A program made the position numbers and the translations under genes. Positions 12,833 through 24,320 of a stretch of DNA of 64,000 nucleotides are shown here, piece after piece. Each line of letters starts with the position of its first letter. Position 1 is the first letter of the stretch. Source of the stretch: Octopus sinensis (taxonomy: Eukaryota); the NCBI RefSeq assembly GCF_006345805.1, contig NC_043010.1:6882001-6946000 (forward strand), given 5' to 3'. The notes under the pieces are model-generated. The model made no database searches, was not told the DNA's origin, and saw only the letters and a list, made by a program, of their open reading frames with translations.

Positions 12833-14600
12833 TAAAAGGATGTTCATAAAGTAATTGCATTTTATCAGAAAAAATATAAATAGAAATGTAACCTACATTT
12901 ATCTGAATATTTTTAATCAAGAACGTAATTACCATCATTTTCAATGAATGCAGCCAAATGGGAAAGTGACCTTTTTTGTGTCACATTCAAAGAAACATGT
13001 TTCTTTGCCTGAAAATTGTCTGAAAAACTCTTCTTAAATTCCTCTCCGTTTCTGAATGTTTAGTCTCTTATAAAACATTCTAGTGATCAGATCAGATGGA
13101 AATTTGTAGGTGCTAAATCAGGTGAGTTTGGAGGATGTGGAAGAAGTTCCCATCCTGATGATCTTATTTTTTCTTGGGCTTGTTTTCAAGAGTGTAGCTG
13201 TGCATTGCCATGCTGGAGAGTAACACCATTTCTGTTTACCAAAGCTTTTCACTTTCAATGCCATTTCTCATTTATATGATCAAATTGCTAGCAATAGACG
13301 TCTGCATTTTTGGTCCTTCCATGTTTCAATAGCTCGTATTGGATGCTACCTTTCATGTTCCGCCAAACACAGAGCAAGAATTTTTATGGATGGAGTTCTG
13401 GTTTTGGTGTTGGCACTGGCCTCTCAATATGTGATAACCATTGTCTTTTCCATTTTCGTTGTAATACAAAACCCATTTTTTATCACCTGTAACAATGCAT
13501 TGCGGCAATGACAGGTTGTTATTCCTGGTTAGAAGACTGCTGCAGATGGTGGAACATTATGTTTGGTTCTCAAGCATAAGCTCATGTGGAACCCAAATTC
13601 CATCTGTGCATGTTTACCCAATTTGCTTGAGATGTTTGGGGCTAGTTGAACATGACATTAAATTTTTTTGCCAAGTCCCTTGTGCTTTGATGTGAATCAT
13701 ACACAATAGTCTTATTCAAAAGGTTGTCATTCAGAGTGGGTCATCTTCCATAGTAAGGCTGGTCAGATATGTAACAATTGCTAGGCGCAGGAGTAGCTGT
13801 GTGGTAAGTAGCTTGCTAACCAACCACATGGTTCCGGGTTCAGTCCCACTGCGTGGCATCTTGGGCAAGTGTCTTCTGCTATAGCCCCGGGCCGACCAAT
13901 GCCTTGTGAGTGGATTTGGTAGAGGGAAACTGAAGAAGCCTGTCGTATATATGTATATATATATATAAGTGTGTGTGTATATGTTTGTGTGTCTGTGTTT
14001 GTCCTCCTAGCATTGCTTGACAACCGATGCTGGTGTGTTTACGTCCCTGTCACTTAGCGGTATTGGCAAAAGAGACTGATAGAATAAGTACTGGGCTTAC
14101 AAAGAATAAGTCCCGGGGTCGATTTGCTCGACTAAAGGCAGTGCTCCAGCATGGCCGCAGTCAACTAACTGAAACAAGTAAAAGAGTAAAAGAGTAATAG
14201 TCTTATTCAAAAGGTTGTCATTCAGAGTGGGTCATCTTCCAGAGTAAGGCTTGTCAGATATGAAACAATCGCTTTCTTTAAATTTTTAAAACTACAACTG
14301 ACATGTATGAGCTTTCCCTGCATCCAGATGCACTTCACAAATGTTTTTTCATTGCTTCTGTAGTGGTATTTTTCTTTAGAAACTCATACAGCAAGCAATG
14401 GGGAATATGTTGTTTCATAAAGTTCTTATCCTCCATGGGGTTAATTACTGAAATAACTATGAATGACACAGTGCCAAATAGAATAGATGACATACTATTT
14501 CTAGACAGTTCTCACCCATTCAATCTTGGCTCTGATATCATTGGTTGATTTATATTTCATAGTGATGAAAAAATGCAAATATTTTCTGAACACTCTAATA
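12833..14600 (-). mobile_element. Mariner (DD34D-type) transposon relic, about 1.3 kb after removing the nested SINE
   Basis: Minus-strand motifs IWVPHEL, IVTGDKKWVLYYN, LQHGNAQ and WELLPHPPNSPDLAP; degenerate TIRs tgttcataaagtaattgcatttt (left) and tgttcagaaaatatttgcatttt (right, reverse complement), flanked by TA. Confidence 0.9.
13784..14195 (+). mobile_element. SINE family A, full length, nested in the mariner
   Basis: Starts GGCGCAGGAGTAGCTGTGTGG and ends AGTAAAAGAGTAAAAGAGT. Confidence 0.93.
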
Positions 14601-15479
14601 TATATATACATATTACTTACTTCCCTTACAAATAATCTTTTTTCTCAGGAACTATTAGACCTGACACCATATATTAACCGGTGTTGTTCAAACGATGAAT
14701 AGCCTTCACGTAAACCATTGGTTCGTTTTGTTCTCTTACTTCATTATCATCTTTTAATCATCTCATAATAATGACCTTTATGACTCATATTACTACCTCA
14801 GTCAATCTAAATGTATATATTTGTCACTACCTGTCATAAATAGCCTTTTTCTATTTGCAATATGCATTTTCGTTGATTATTCATATTTTACCCATATATA
14901 TATATTTTTATATATATATATATATACACATATACATATATAAATGTCATTATTTCTAATTTGCTCTAAAGGAGACTATGGCAGCGTTACTGGATATTAA
15001 TAGTTATTGCCAAGCCAAATTGGCAGTGCAGAAAAATAGGATGAATGCTGTCGTTGATTAGCTCCAAGAGGCCCATCGCCTCTAGCTAGCTATGTGACAC
15101 ACAAACCTGTGTCCATTATAACCTTCGAACAGGGGAGGTCAGCACTATTTCAAAAGAGCTACTAATAGTTTAATGCTTAACAATACTTTAGATTAGCACA
15201 TTTATAAAATATACCATGTATCTCCAAGTGATCTTTCAAGCTCAGTAAATATATTAGATATATTTAAAAATCAGAACTGAGAAAATGCGTAAAAATGGGA
15301 AGTAAAATTAGAAAGAAAGTTGATGCAAAAAGGGGAACAAGAAGAATAAAAAGAAAAATAAGAAATCCAAGACCTTCATTCTTTGTTTGTAGAAACATAA
15401 TTAATGTAGTTGGTGCAGAATAACATGACTTAACGGAGGCCAATGTCTGCAAGACAGCTACTCACTGTGAAGCAGGGGT

Positions 15480-17540
15480 TGTCTTCCAGTTCAACAAAAG
15501 AAACCTTTCCATGTGTTTACAACTCCTAAAAATTTCAGATCTGGAATTAAGCAGTGTGGTGGAATTGTTGGATCTAAAAGGCTGTGCGATCTTTCTGCTA
15601 TGTATAAGCTGCATTCCTTAAATCCATTAATATTTAGCTAGGATTTCTCCATGATTTTCCCCTTAGCCAATATGTAGCTAGCAAACTTAGTGGCATTACT
15701 TTTATCAATGCCCTGGATAAAGATGGGTGATATGCATAATGTTATTTGAAATTGCCATCACATAACCTGATGTATTTCTTCTATTCAGTTTCATTATCTT
15801 GAAGTGTTGTTGTTATTTCTGCCACATATACGACATAGTTTATCATGCATACCTGGTCAAGTAGGCAAGCTTTGGGGTTTCAACAGTTACAACTATGAGT
15901 GGGCTCTTGGTGTTCTTTATGAGTGATAATGTTCTTCATATTAGTGCAGCAGCTGTATGATATTTTAAGTGAGTGCCTTTAAAAATCTTCCTGCATTTGT
16001 GGTTTATTGGAAAATGCTTATCTAAAAGAGACAGGAATTCCTTGCCTACATTAGTTTTAATATTATTTTCCTAGGTATGTTTTTATGATTCATCTAGCAT
16101 TGTTTTCATACACAGGCAACATATAATCTGTATTTCAGTCTGAGGGAGAGGCCTTGTTACCAAGAAGAGGTAATGGGTCTTTGAACTTTCTCTGGACAGT
16201 TCTTATTGTAGTAACCATACTTTCAGCACATTCCCCGCCTCGACTGTTAATTAGGTCTTCTAGAAACTATCTAATACCTCTATGGATCCTCCTGGGCATT
16301 CCAGAAAATCTATTTCCTATATACTCTTAGTGATTATTGCACTTATTACATCTACCACAAACAACACCTACTGTCTCTGTTAACCTCCTTGTAATTCCAC
16401 TGTACTTCTTATTTGTTCATAGTTTGTACTGTGTACACCAAATAGAATTTCTACCCACACAAACAGTACCATTTATCTGAAGGTATTAGTGTCATATTTT
16501 TTATCAGAAGCATAAGTATAATTATCTGATTCTTGTGTAACCACACAGAATTTTCTAGGTGTCAACTATTTCAGAGAAATCAAGTTTCTTAAACAAATTA
16601 TGGAGAATTTATCAGAAGTGATTAGTAGTTTGTAAGTTGATAATTCTTAGCAGGAGTAATTTGTTGTTTTTATATTAACCACCAACTTCAAAGAGAGACT
16701 TCTGTAAAGAGAACGAAAGAGAGAGAGAGAGATTGATCAGGTTGCTAACTTTGGTAGAATCCTTAACTCCCATGCTCATGATGGATGGCACTACATTGTA
16801 TATTTTCTGTCCAGATGGTATTATTGCAAATAAATTTTCTAGCATGCATTATGATATCCAATTTAATTCATTTGGTACTTGTAGTGGTTTTAATTAATTG
16901 AAGGCCAGCTTTAAGACAGGATTTGATGATGAACAGGTAGTAGTCTTAAATACTAAATTATAAGAAATTGAATTCATTTTTAATCCTGAAGAGATTTGAA
17001 CCAATTCACAATACAATTACTTTTCTGGGAATGCCAAGTCTGAATTTTAAGGAGTTGATAAGCCTAGTTGGTAAATGGTTGGTAAAGTTGGATTGATAAT
17101 TCTTAAGCATTAAATACATTTCTTGAGTCATTAAACATTTGCTTTTATCATCCATGTTAAGTATTGTGACATATTTTTGCAGAAGAATGGATCTTAGTGG
17201 GTCCTACTTATAGGTATTGGGTATACAGTTGAACAAAAATTTGTAGTAATTTCATTTACCTAATTCATAAATGGTCTTCGTTTTGTCTCTGCTGATTAAA
17301 ATGTTCTTGTTTCTCATGATAAAGTTGTTTTCTGTAGTGTGATTATTTTGGAAAAGTTCTTAAATTTTTTCTTAATTTCTTATTTATAATTGTCAAGAAT
17401 AAGTTGTATTCAAAAGTTTGCGATAGAAATGAGATTTTCCATCATCTGTAATTGATATTTGAAGTAGATTTGTGAAGAGTTCTTGATTTTAAACTTCTAT
17501 TTTGACTAATTATATCTTCTTTTGATAACATGTGAAGCTA
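15480..17540 (-). mobile_element. Decayed Penelope-like retroelement (RT followed by a CxC linker and a C-terminal GIY-YIG endonuclease)
   Basis: Minus-strand peptide blocks in order: [109 protein letters not shown]; many stops and frameshifts. Confidence 0.85.
16095..16472 (-). mobile_element. RTE-clade LINE internal fragment nested in the Penelope-like element
   Basis: Minus-strand peptides VGRNSIWCTQYKL...VCGRC (Cys-rich insert), CPGGSIEVLDSF and LLVTK/GLSLRLKYRLYVACV, typical of the RTE RT C-terminal region. Confidence 0.75.
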
Positions 17541-17862
17541 GCTATGCCATGCTCAAAGCATGAAGTTATATCATTAACTTAAACGATTTACAGAAAAATA
17601 CTTAGTTTATTGAATTTTCCCTCTAGTTTGGAAATCGAAAACATGAAAATTAGTAGCAATTATTTTCTATTTTCAAAAGAAAGAAATAATTTCCATGAAT
17701 TAAAAATTAATTTAATTTATATGTTCGGGGAAAGAGACAGCTACGAACATATGTTTTGATGTATTTGACATCATTATAAGACAATTGAAACCAAGCCTGT
17801 AGGTCAGTGGAAAGATTTTTACTTATGATGTAAAAAAAAATTATGCATAATCTTAACTAGAA

Positions 17863-18294
17863 TAGAATGGTTGTATACTGTCAATCTAACGTGAACGTGA
17901 CAGTAGGGGATTACACCACCGCTGTTTAGCCCTAGGAAGCATCGACGCCTCCTGATGGCTTTGACACATTTTTTTTTCCTGTGTCCTTATATATTTACGA
18001 AGGGGAGACAAACACCCCCAGCAGCCAGGCCTGCATCTAGGGACACGCATGTTTCAGGATCTTTGTCCATCATCGGTCTAGAGTAGCAGACGCCCACCAG
18101 CAGCAGATATCTGTCCCGACTTCGTAAATATATATCTAATTTTCAGTGAAGTTTATTCACTGATTACCAAAATCAGAAATATTAAATTTCTAAATATCTC
18201 ATAGAGATATGTACGGTGGTGGGGCGATAGAATGGTTGTAGACTGTCAATCTAACGTGAACATGACAGTAGGGGATTACACCACTGCTGTTTAG
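17863..18294 (+). repeat. Dispersed repeat (family C) with a 67-bp direct terminal repeat
   Basis: 17863-17929 is repeated at 18228-18294; 17863-18061 matches 37391-37587 in reverse complement. Confidence 0.88.
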
Positions 18295-20029
18295 TTTGCA
18301 TAATAAATAGTAAAACAATAGTAAAAATAACCTAAATGTGTCAATGGCACAAGATTAGATAATTTAGATGATGATTCTATCAAGAAATTAAAAATTAATT
18401 TCTTGAGTTAATTTACATGTGAAAAGGTAGTCTGATCTATAAATGAAGGTTAGGGACAATTATGGACATAAATTTTGGATCATTAAAGTTCCTAAATATA
18501 ATACAATCTAAATGAGCCTGAAGAACTTTGAGTAAATTAGATGTGTAGAAACAGAGTTTTGGCCAGAATATTATGCATTATTTGATTTAAGAAATTATTA
18601 ATCTTTCGAAGTTATCTCCTCTTCCACTGTCACTAACAATTTCCACTAGGCTTTCACAGAACATGGATTTGTATTATGGTTATATACACATACACATGCA
18701 CACACACACATACACACTCACACACAACTTGAAATGGTCTTTTGCATATTATTATGCAAGGTGCTTCTGATTGTAAGGCATCCATACTAAAGAGAATCAA
18801 GACATTGATGAGAAGAAATGCATATTGAGTGATAGTGGTGCAGCTGCAGTTAATGAGGCTGAGAAAAGACATAGAAGTATTACTAGGAGAAAAAAATTTC
18901 AAATATAGAAGCAAAACCTAGAATTGAGAGGCTTGAAAGTAAATCTAATAAGAATGACAATTTTTGTTATCAGGAAAGAAGATAGTACTCTATAGCTAAC
19001 TGAGAAGTTGCTTGCTTGGTATGCAAAAAAAAAGCAGTTAGGAATTCCATTTTGTGTAACCAATTTACACCTTGGGTAAGATCACAGGCATTTTCTCAAA
19101 GCGGTCTGTGGCCTAACTACACCTTTATCCTCTTGAAGTTGGAGTTAAGATGTTTTACACAGTGTCTTCTGTGACAAGTAGAGGATTACAAGATATTTTT
19201 GCAGGGGGTCTGTGATCCTCTGAAAAAAAGGTATTCCAGATAAAACCATTCAGTTTTATTTTTGGTCTGTCATGGTCTACATTATCTTAAGTGTTTATTT
19301 TCATAAAAACAATAGAGTTCGAGAAAGCTATAATTGCTGTTTAATTTTAGAGAACTTTAATTGCTGTTTCTTACATGTTTGAGTGAATCAACTCTATAAA
19401 TGCTCTCTTATCAAATCGTTTTATCAGTGTTTCAATAACTGAATGACCTATAAGAACAGTAAACACAATAATCTGATTGGAAATAATTTTCTATAGTCTC
19501 AGAAAAGTGTATTTAATCACATTTATTGAACAGATGAACATGTTGCAGACTGAATGTTTCCAGCATTGAGTTTTTGTTTAAAATTGTTAATTAGGTGAAA
19601 ATGTAACTAATCAACTGGGAAGATTTTTTTAGTGTTTTTGTATAAAGAGAGTCATTTTGTTCTAATCAATTGATATTTGCCAAAGTTAGGAAATGACAAA
19701 AACTCAAGTGTTTCAAGATGGTACTCTGGCTATAATATTGCAATGTTCAACCTCAGAACTATAACACACTGCTGTTGTCCAGTAAATTGCTGTCATTTTA
19801 TGAATCACTTTTTCCTTTTAGTTACAACTACTTAAGACCTTCCCTAAAGATTCACAACAGCAACAGTAAGGGATTATGCTTTTGGATATCTACAGCCAAT
19901 TATAACTGTTTAATCTGCCACAATGAGAGACCAGAATCCATTATTTACAATACAAAAGTACATGTCAAAAAGCTGAAATGACTAATGATATGTAATCAAC
20001 AAAGTAAAAAGAAAAAATATAAATCTTAC

Positions 20030-22435
20030 CTGGTGTATTTCCTTGCTAGTTGCTTGGTATGGAATTCTGCTATTTAAATTTTTTCCATTCAGTGTCACTT
20101 TATAATTGGACAAATATTGCTCTTTCTCCTCTTGAAGTTGGAGTAAGCTGTTTTGTTGAGTCTCTTCTCTGAGCAATGGAGGATTATAAGATATTTGTTC
20201 AGAAGTATTTTGCGTTTCTCTATCAACACTGAAGATTTTGTCTGAAGGATTGATTCTCTGTTTACTAGAAGTCATTATATTGTTGCTTTTCTTTACAACA
20301 CATATTGTTATTGAAATAACCATTATTACAGAACCTGACACTGCTGCTGCTATGATCATAAGAAATAAATTCATTTGAATTTTGAAATCTAACTCATTGG
20401 TTGCTATTGCCAACAAGGGGAATGTATTATTGCTAGCAACTAGAGTTAAAGATAGAGAGGTGGTTGTAGAGAGGATTGGAATCCCATTGTCTTTGACAAC
20501 AAATAGAAGATTATACACTCCTGCCTCATTTCGGTAAACATTTCGGGAAAAAGATAATATCCCTGTATAACAGTTCATTGTGAATAATTCTTTCTCATTC
20601 CCTTCTAATATTTCATATTTAAGAAATGCATTCTCTTTACTGTCTTTGTCATATGCTTTTAACTTAGTGATATCATTGTTATTGTGGGACTGGAAATAGA
20701 TATCTAGACTGAAAGGGTTAACACTAGGGAAAGTAAAGTATGGAGCATTATCATTCTTATCCATAACTTCAACAATAACATCAACAGTATTATTTAGTCT
20801 TGGAGTCCCACTGTCTTTAACTAAAACCTGAAAGATATATATATCTTTTTGTTCACGGTCAAGTGATTCTGTGGTTGATATAAATCCATAGTTTGTTATT
20901 TGAAAGGGAAGAGCAAGATTATTTTTCGAAAACAAGGAAAATGTTAACTGTCCACCCAGTCCCATATCTGGGTCAGTTGCATTGACAAATCCTACTGGAA
21001 AATTAGATTCTTCATTCTCATATATCAAGAATTTGTAGGTTTCTTTGTTAAACTGTGGTATTACATCATTAATATCAATTACTAAAACAGAGAACTCTCT
21101 CTCTGTTCTCAAACGTGGTAACCCATTGTCTTCACAAATCACTTTAAAAGTAATATGACTTTCTTTTTCCTTATCAGCGAGACTTTTCAAAACCACTTTG
21201 TATTTTTTCTCACCTAGATTTTGAAGCTGAAATTTATCATGCTGGAGAGTGCAGGTAACTTTTCCATTTTGTCCAGTATCAGTATCAGAAATCTTTACAT
21301 ATGCAATAAAACTACCAATTTTAGTATTTTCTAATATGGTCGCCATATTGTTAGATGATTTGGAAACGAAATTCATATCAATGACGGGAGGATTATTTCG
21401 CTGGTTGACAACATTGACAAGTATCATAGTCATAGAAGACAGAGGAGGGTTCCCTCCATCTGAAGCTTCAACGTACAATTCATATGTTTGACGCTTCTCG
21501 AAAGGGAAATTTTCACAAAGAAATATTTCCCCAGTTTTTTCATTTAACTGAAAATGTAATTTTGTCATTTCTGAAGTTTTTGAGCTGAAGTGATATATAA
21601 CCTTACCATTTTCACCAGCATCAAGATCCTCTGCATCTAAATCAATGACTGGTTTATTTATTTGATATTTACAATTAATAGATATATTATAAACATCTTG
21701 AGAAAAAAGTGGTAAATTATCATTTATATCTAAGACAGATATATAAACTTTTAAGATACCATGTTTAGATGGCTTTCCTCCATCCTTAGCAATTACTTGA
21801 AAAGAATAATGATCTTCCACTTCTCTATCTAATTCAGTTTCTAAAGTTATCCCAACTGAATATGAACCATCTACTCTTTCAGAAACAACCATTATGAAAG
21901 GCACCTTATTATTAGACAATAACTTATATGTTATCCTGGAATTTTCTTCACTGATGTCTTCATCAATGGCATTTGGAATTGATAAAGTAGTTCCTTTTTT
22001 ATCCCCTTCAGAAAACTCAAGAGTTATTTGTTTTACTGGAAACACAGGTTGATGATCATTGATGTCTTCCACAACTACTTTGATCTCTAAAATTCGAACA
22101 AATATTTCTCTCTTCTGCATGGCAACATCTACCATTCTGAAACACATTTTTTTATATTTACAAAGTGTTTCTGCATCTAGAGTTTGGATTACATAGAATT
22201 TCCCATCTTTTGAGATATTGAACAATTGCGAGACATTTTCTTTGTCTTTTTGTAGCTGATTGAATCTGATTAAATGACGTTCCTCAGATTTAATCTTTTC
22301 TATCATATGTGTATCAACTGCAATGTCTCCAATATATGAAATTGGCATATTTCCCTCCTTAATGTGGTATGTAAAATCAACACTCAAACAGTAACTGTAT
22401 AGATATAACAATATTGTACAGAAAAGTGCAAACAT
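20030..22435 (-). CDS. Protocadherin, large coding exon (signal peptide, 6 cadherin EC repeats, TM, start of cytoplasmic tail); 802 codons ending at a phase-0 donor
   Basis: ORF 19982..22435 (817 aa) has cadherin motifs DINDHQP, LDRE, DINDNLP, DxD, DINDVIP, LDRE, DKNDNAP, a C-X5-C in EC1 (CKYKKMC) and a hydrophobic TM (LFLMIIAAAVSGSVIMVISITICVV). CAG|GTAAGA donor at 20030/20029; the last 15 aa of the ORF (VRFIFF...) look like intron read-through. Confidence 0.96.
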
Positions 22436-23589
22436 AATTTCAACTAAATTCCTTTGATTTTTGAATTCAAGTTGTTAAATATTAACAAAAAAAGATAAAT
22501 AAATAAACCTTAGCTATAAGCTGACTTAAGTGTTTTTGCCTGCCCAGTCACCTGTAATACTAGTCAAACAAATGCTATGAACAGAGGAAGTTGTTATAGT
22601 GACAAATGAAACTAATAACAACTGCAAATTATTCAGTTCGAGGAAGAATACAGAATATTTGTATATCTTTTCCAGTTAATAACATCACAAGGACGAGAAG
22701 TTAATGGTATTTTGAAGTGAATGGTTATTAACAGTTTATCACATTCTATATTTATATTGCAAATATATATACCTATATATCTTTACACATCACAACAGTG
22801 GTTGACAGATTCCTTAATTCGTTTTATTTTTGTCTTTGGTGATACTGAAAATTTCCCCAGTGTTCTGCTGGTAGTTTCATGTTCACTGGAAGAGAGAATA
22901 ACTGGCAAAAATACTAAGAAAACAATTTTTTTATTGCTTTACATTTTTTTTAATTTCTTAAAATTTTCCATTTTATTTTTTATTGGACAGAATTGATAAA
23001 ATTGAATTTAATATTCTTTATGTAATTTTTATCTTAAACAGCAGTTAACTCCACATGTTTTTGTTACTGTTATTTTTCTTTTTTTTTCTTTTTTTTTTCT
23101 CTTTTAATTGGCTCAGTATCTCTTATACTGGATTGTTCTTCACGATCAGAAATTGAAAAGGTTACATTAATTATTTTGTGGACAGGTTTCATTTACGAGT
23201 TCACATAGCAATCATATTAAAAAATAGATATTACATTCTTTCTTTTAATACATCATAGCTTTAATAATCTTAGCAGATTACTGAAAATAAGAGTAATTGT
23301 TTTATGGTGGGTTTCTCAATAACATTAAACTTTTGCTTGTTTTGTATTTTTTTAACCATTTTCCAACACCTAGAATTCTAAGAGTTTCTAATACACTACA
23401 CAATATCAGCTAAACAATGTTTACATCATTCAACAATGTTAAAAAGTGTATAAAATTGGTATATTAGTTTCAAAGATAGACAAACCTCATAAACTTTGAT
23501 TAAAACAGATAAAAATACTTTTAAAAATACAAGGAAGGAAAGATCAAGTCATGAAATGGTAATAAAGGAGTGGTTTGTTTTAGGTTATT

Positions 23590-23629
23590 AACTATATATA
23601 TGTATACATGTATGTATCTTTACATATAT

Positions 23630-23672
<43 letters not shown>

Positions 23673-23684
23673 CATACATACATA

Positions 23685-23715
<31 letters not shown>

Positions 23716-24320
23716 TATATACATATATATATACACACACACACACATATATAATACAAAAATATATGCAATATATATTATATATATAATATATAAATTA
23801 TATATTCTAAATATATATAACATACAAAATATATGTATATTATATAATAGATATCATTCATATGATACATATTATGTAATATCTATTATAGATAATATAC
23901 ATATATTCTATATTATAATATATATTATATGCATTTAATACAGAATTAACATATATTTTGCATATAACATATATATGTATATATATATATATACACATGC
24001 ATCTATATACATATATATATAATATTATAATGCATTATATATATAAATGACACAAATACTATATATGTAGGTATATGTATATTATTTGCATATTATATAT
24101 ATTGTATATATATCATCTGTATATAACATACGCAGTATATACATTACATATGTGTGTAAGCATATATATATAATTACTTATTATATATATTATGTATATA
24201 TTGAATATATATATATATAATATATATATGTGTATATTTATATATATATATATATATACATACACACATATGTGCATGTGTGTATATGTGTGTATGTGTG
24301 TATGTGTGTGTGTGTATAAG
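23590..24320. repeat. Degenerate TA/CA/TG-rich microsatellite field
   Basis: Direct reading of the sequence. Confidence 0.9.

Noticed and set aside
13784-13856. tRNA-like sequence with A and B boxes (also in other copies)
   Set aside because: It is the SINE head and continues into SINE body; no complete cloverleaf.
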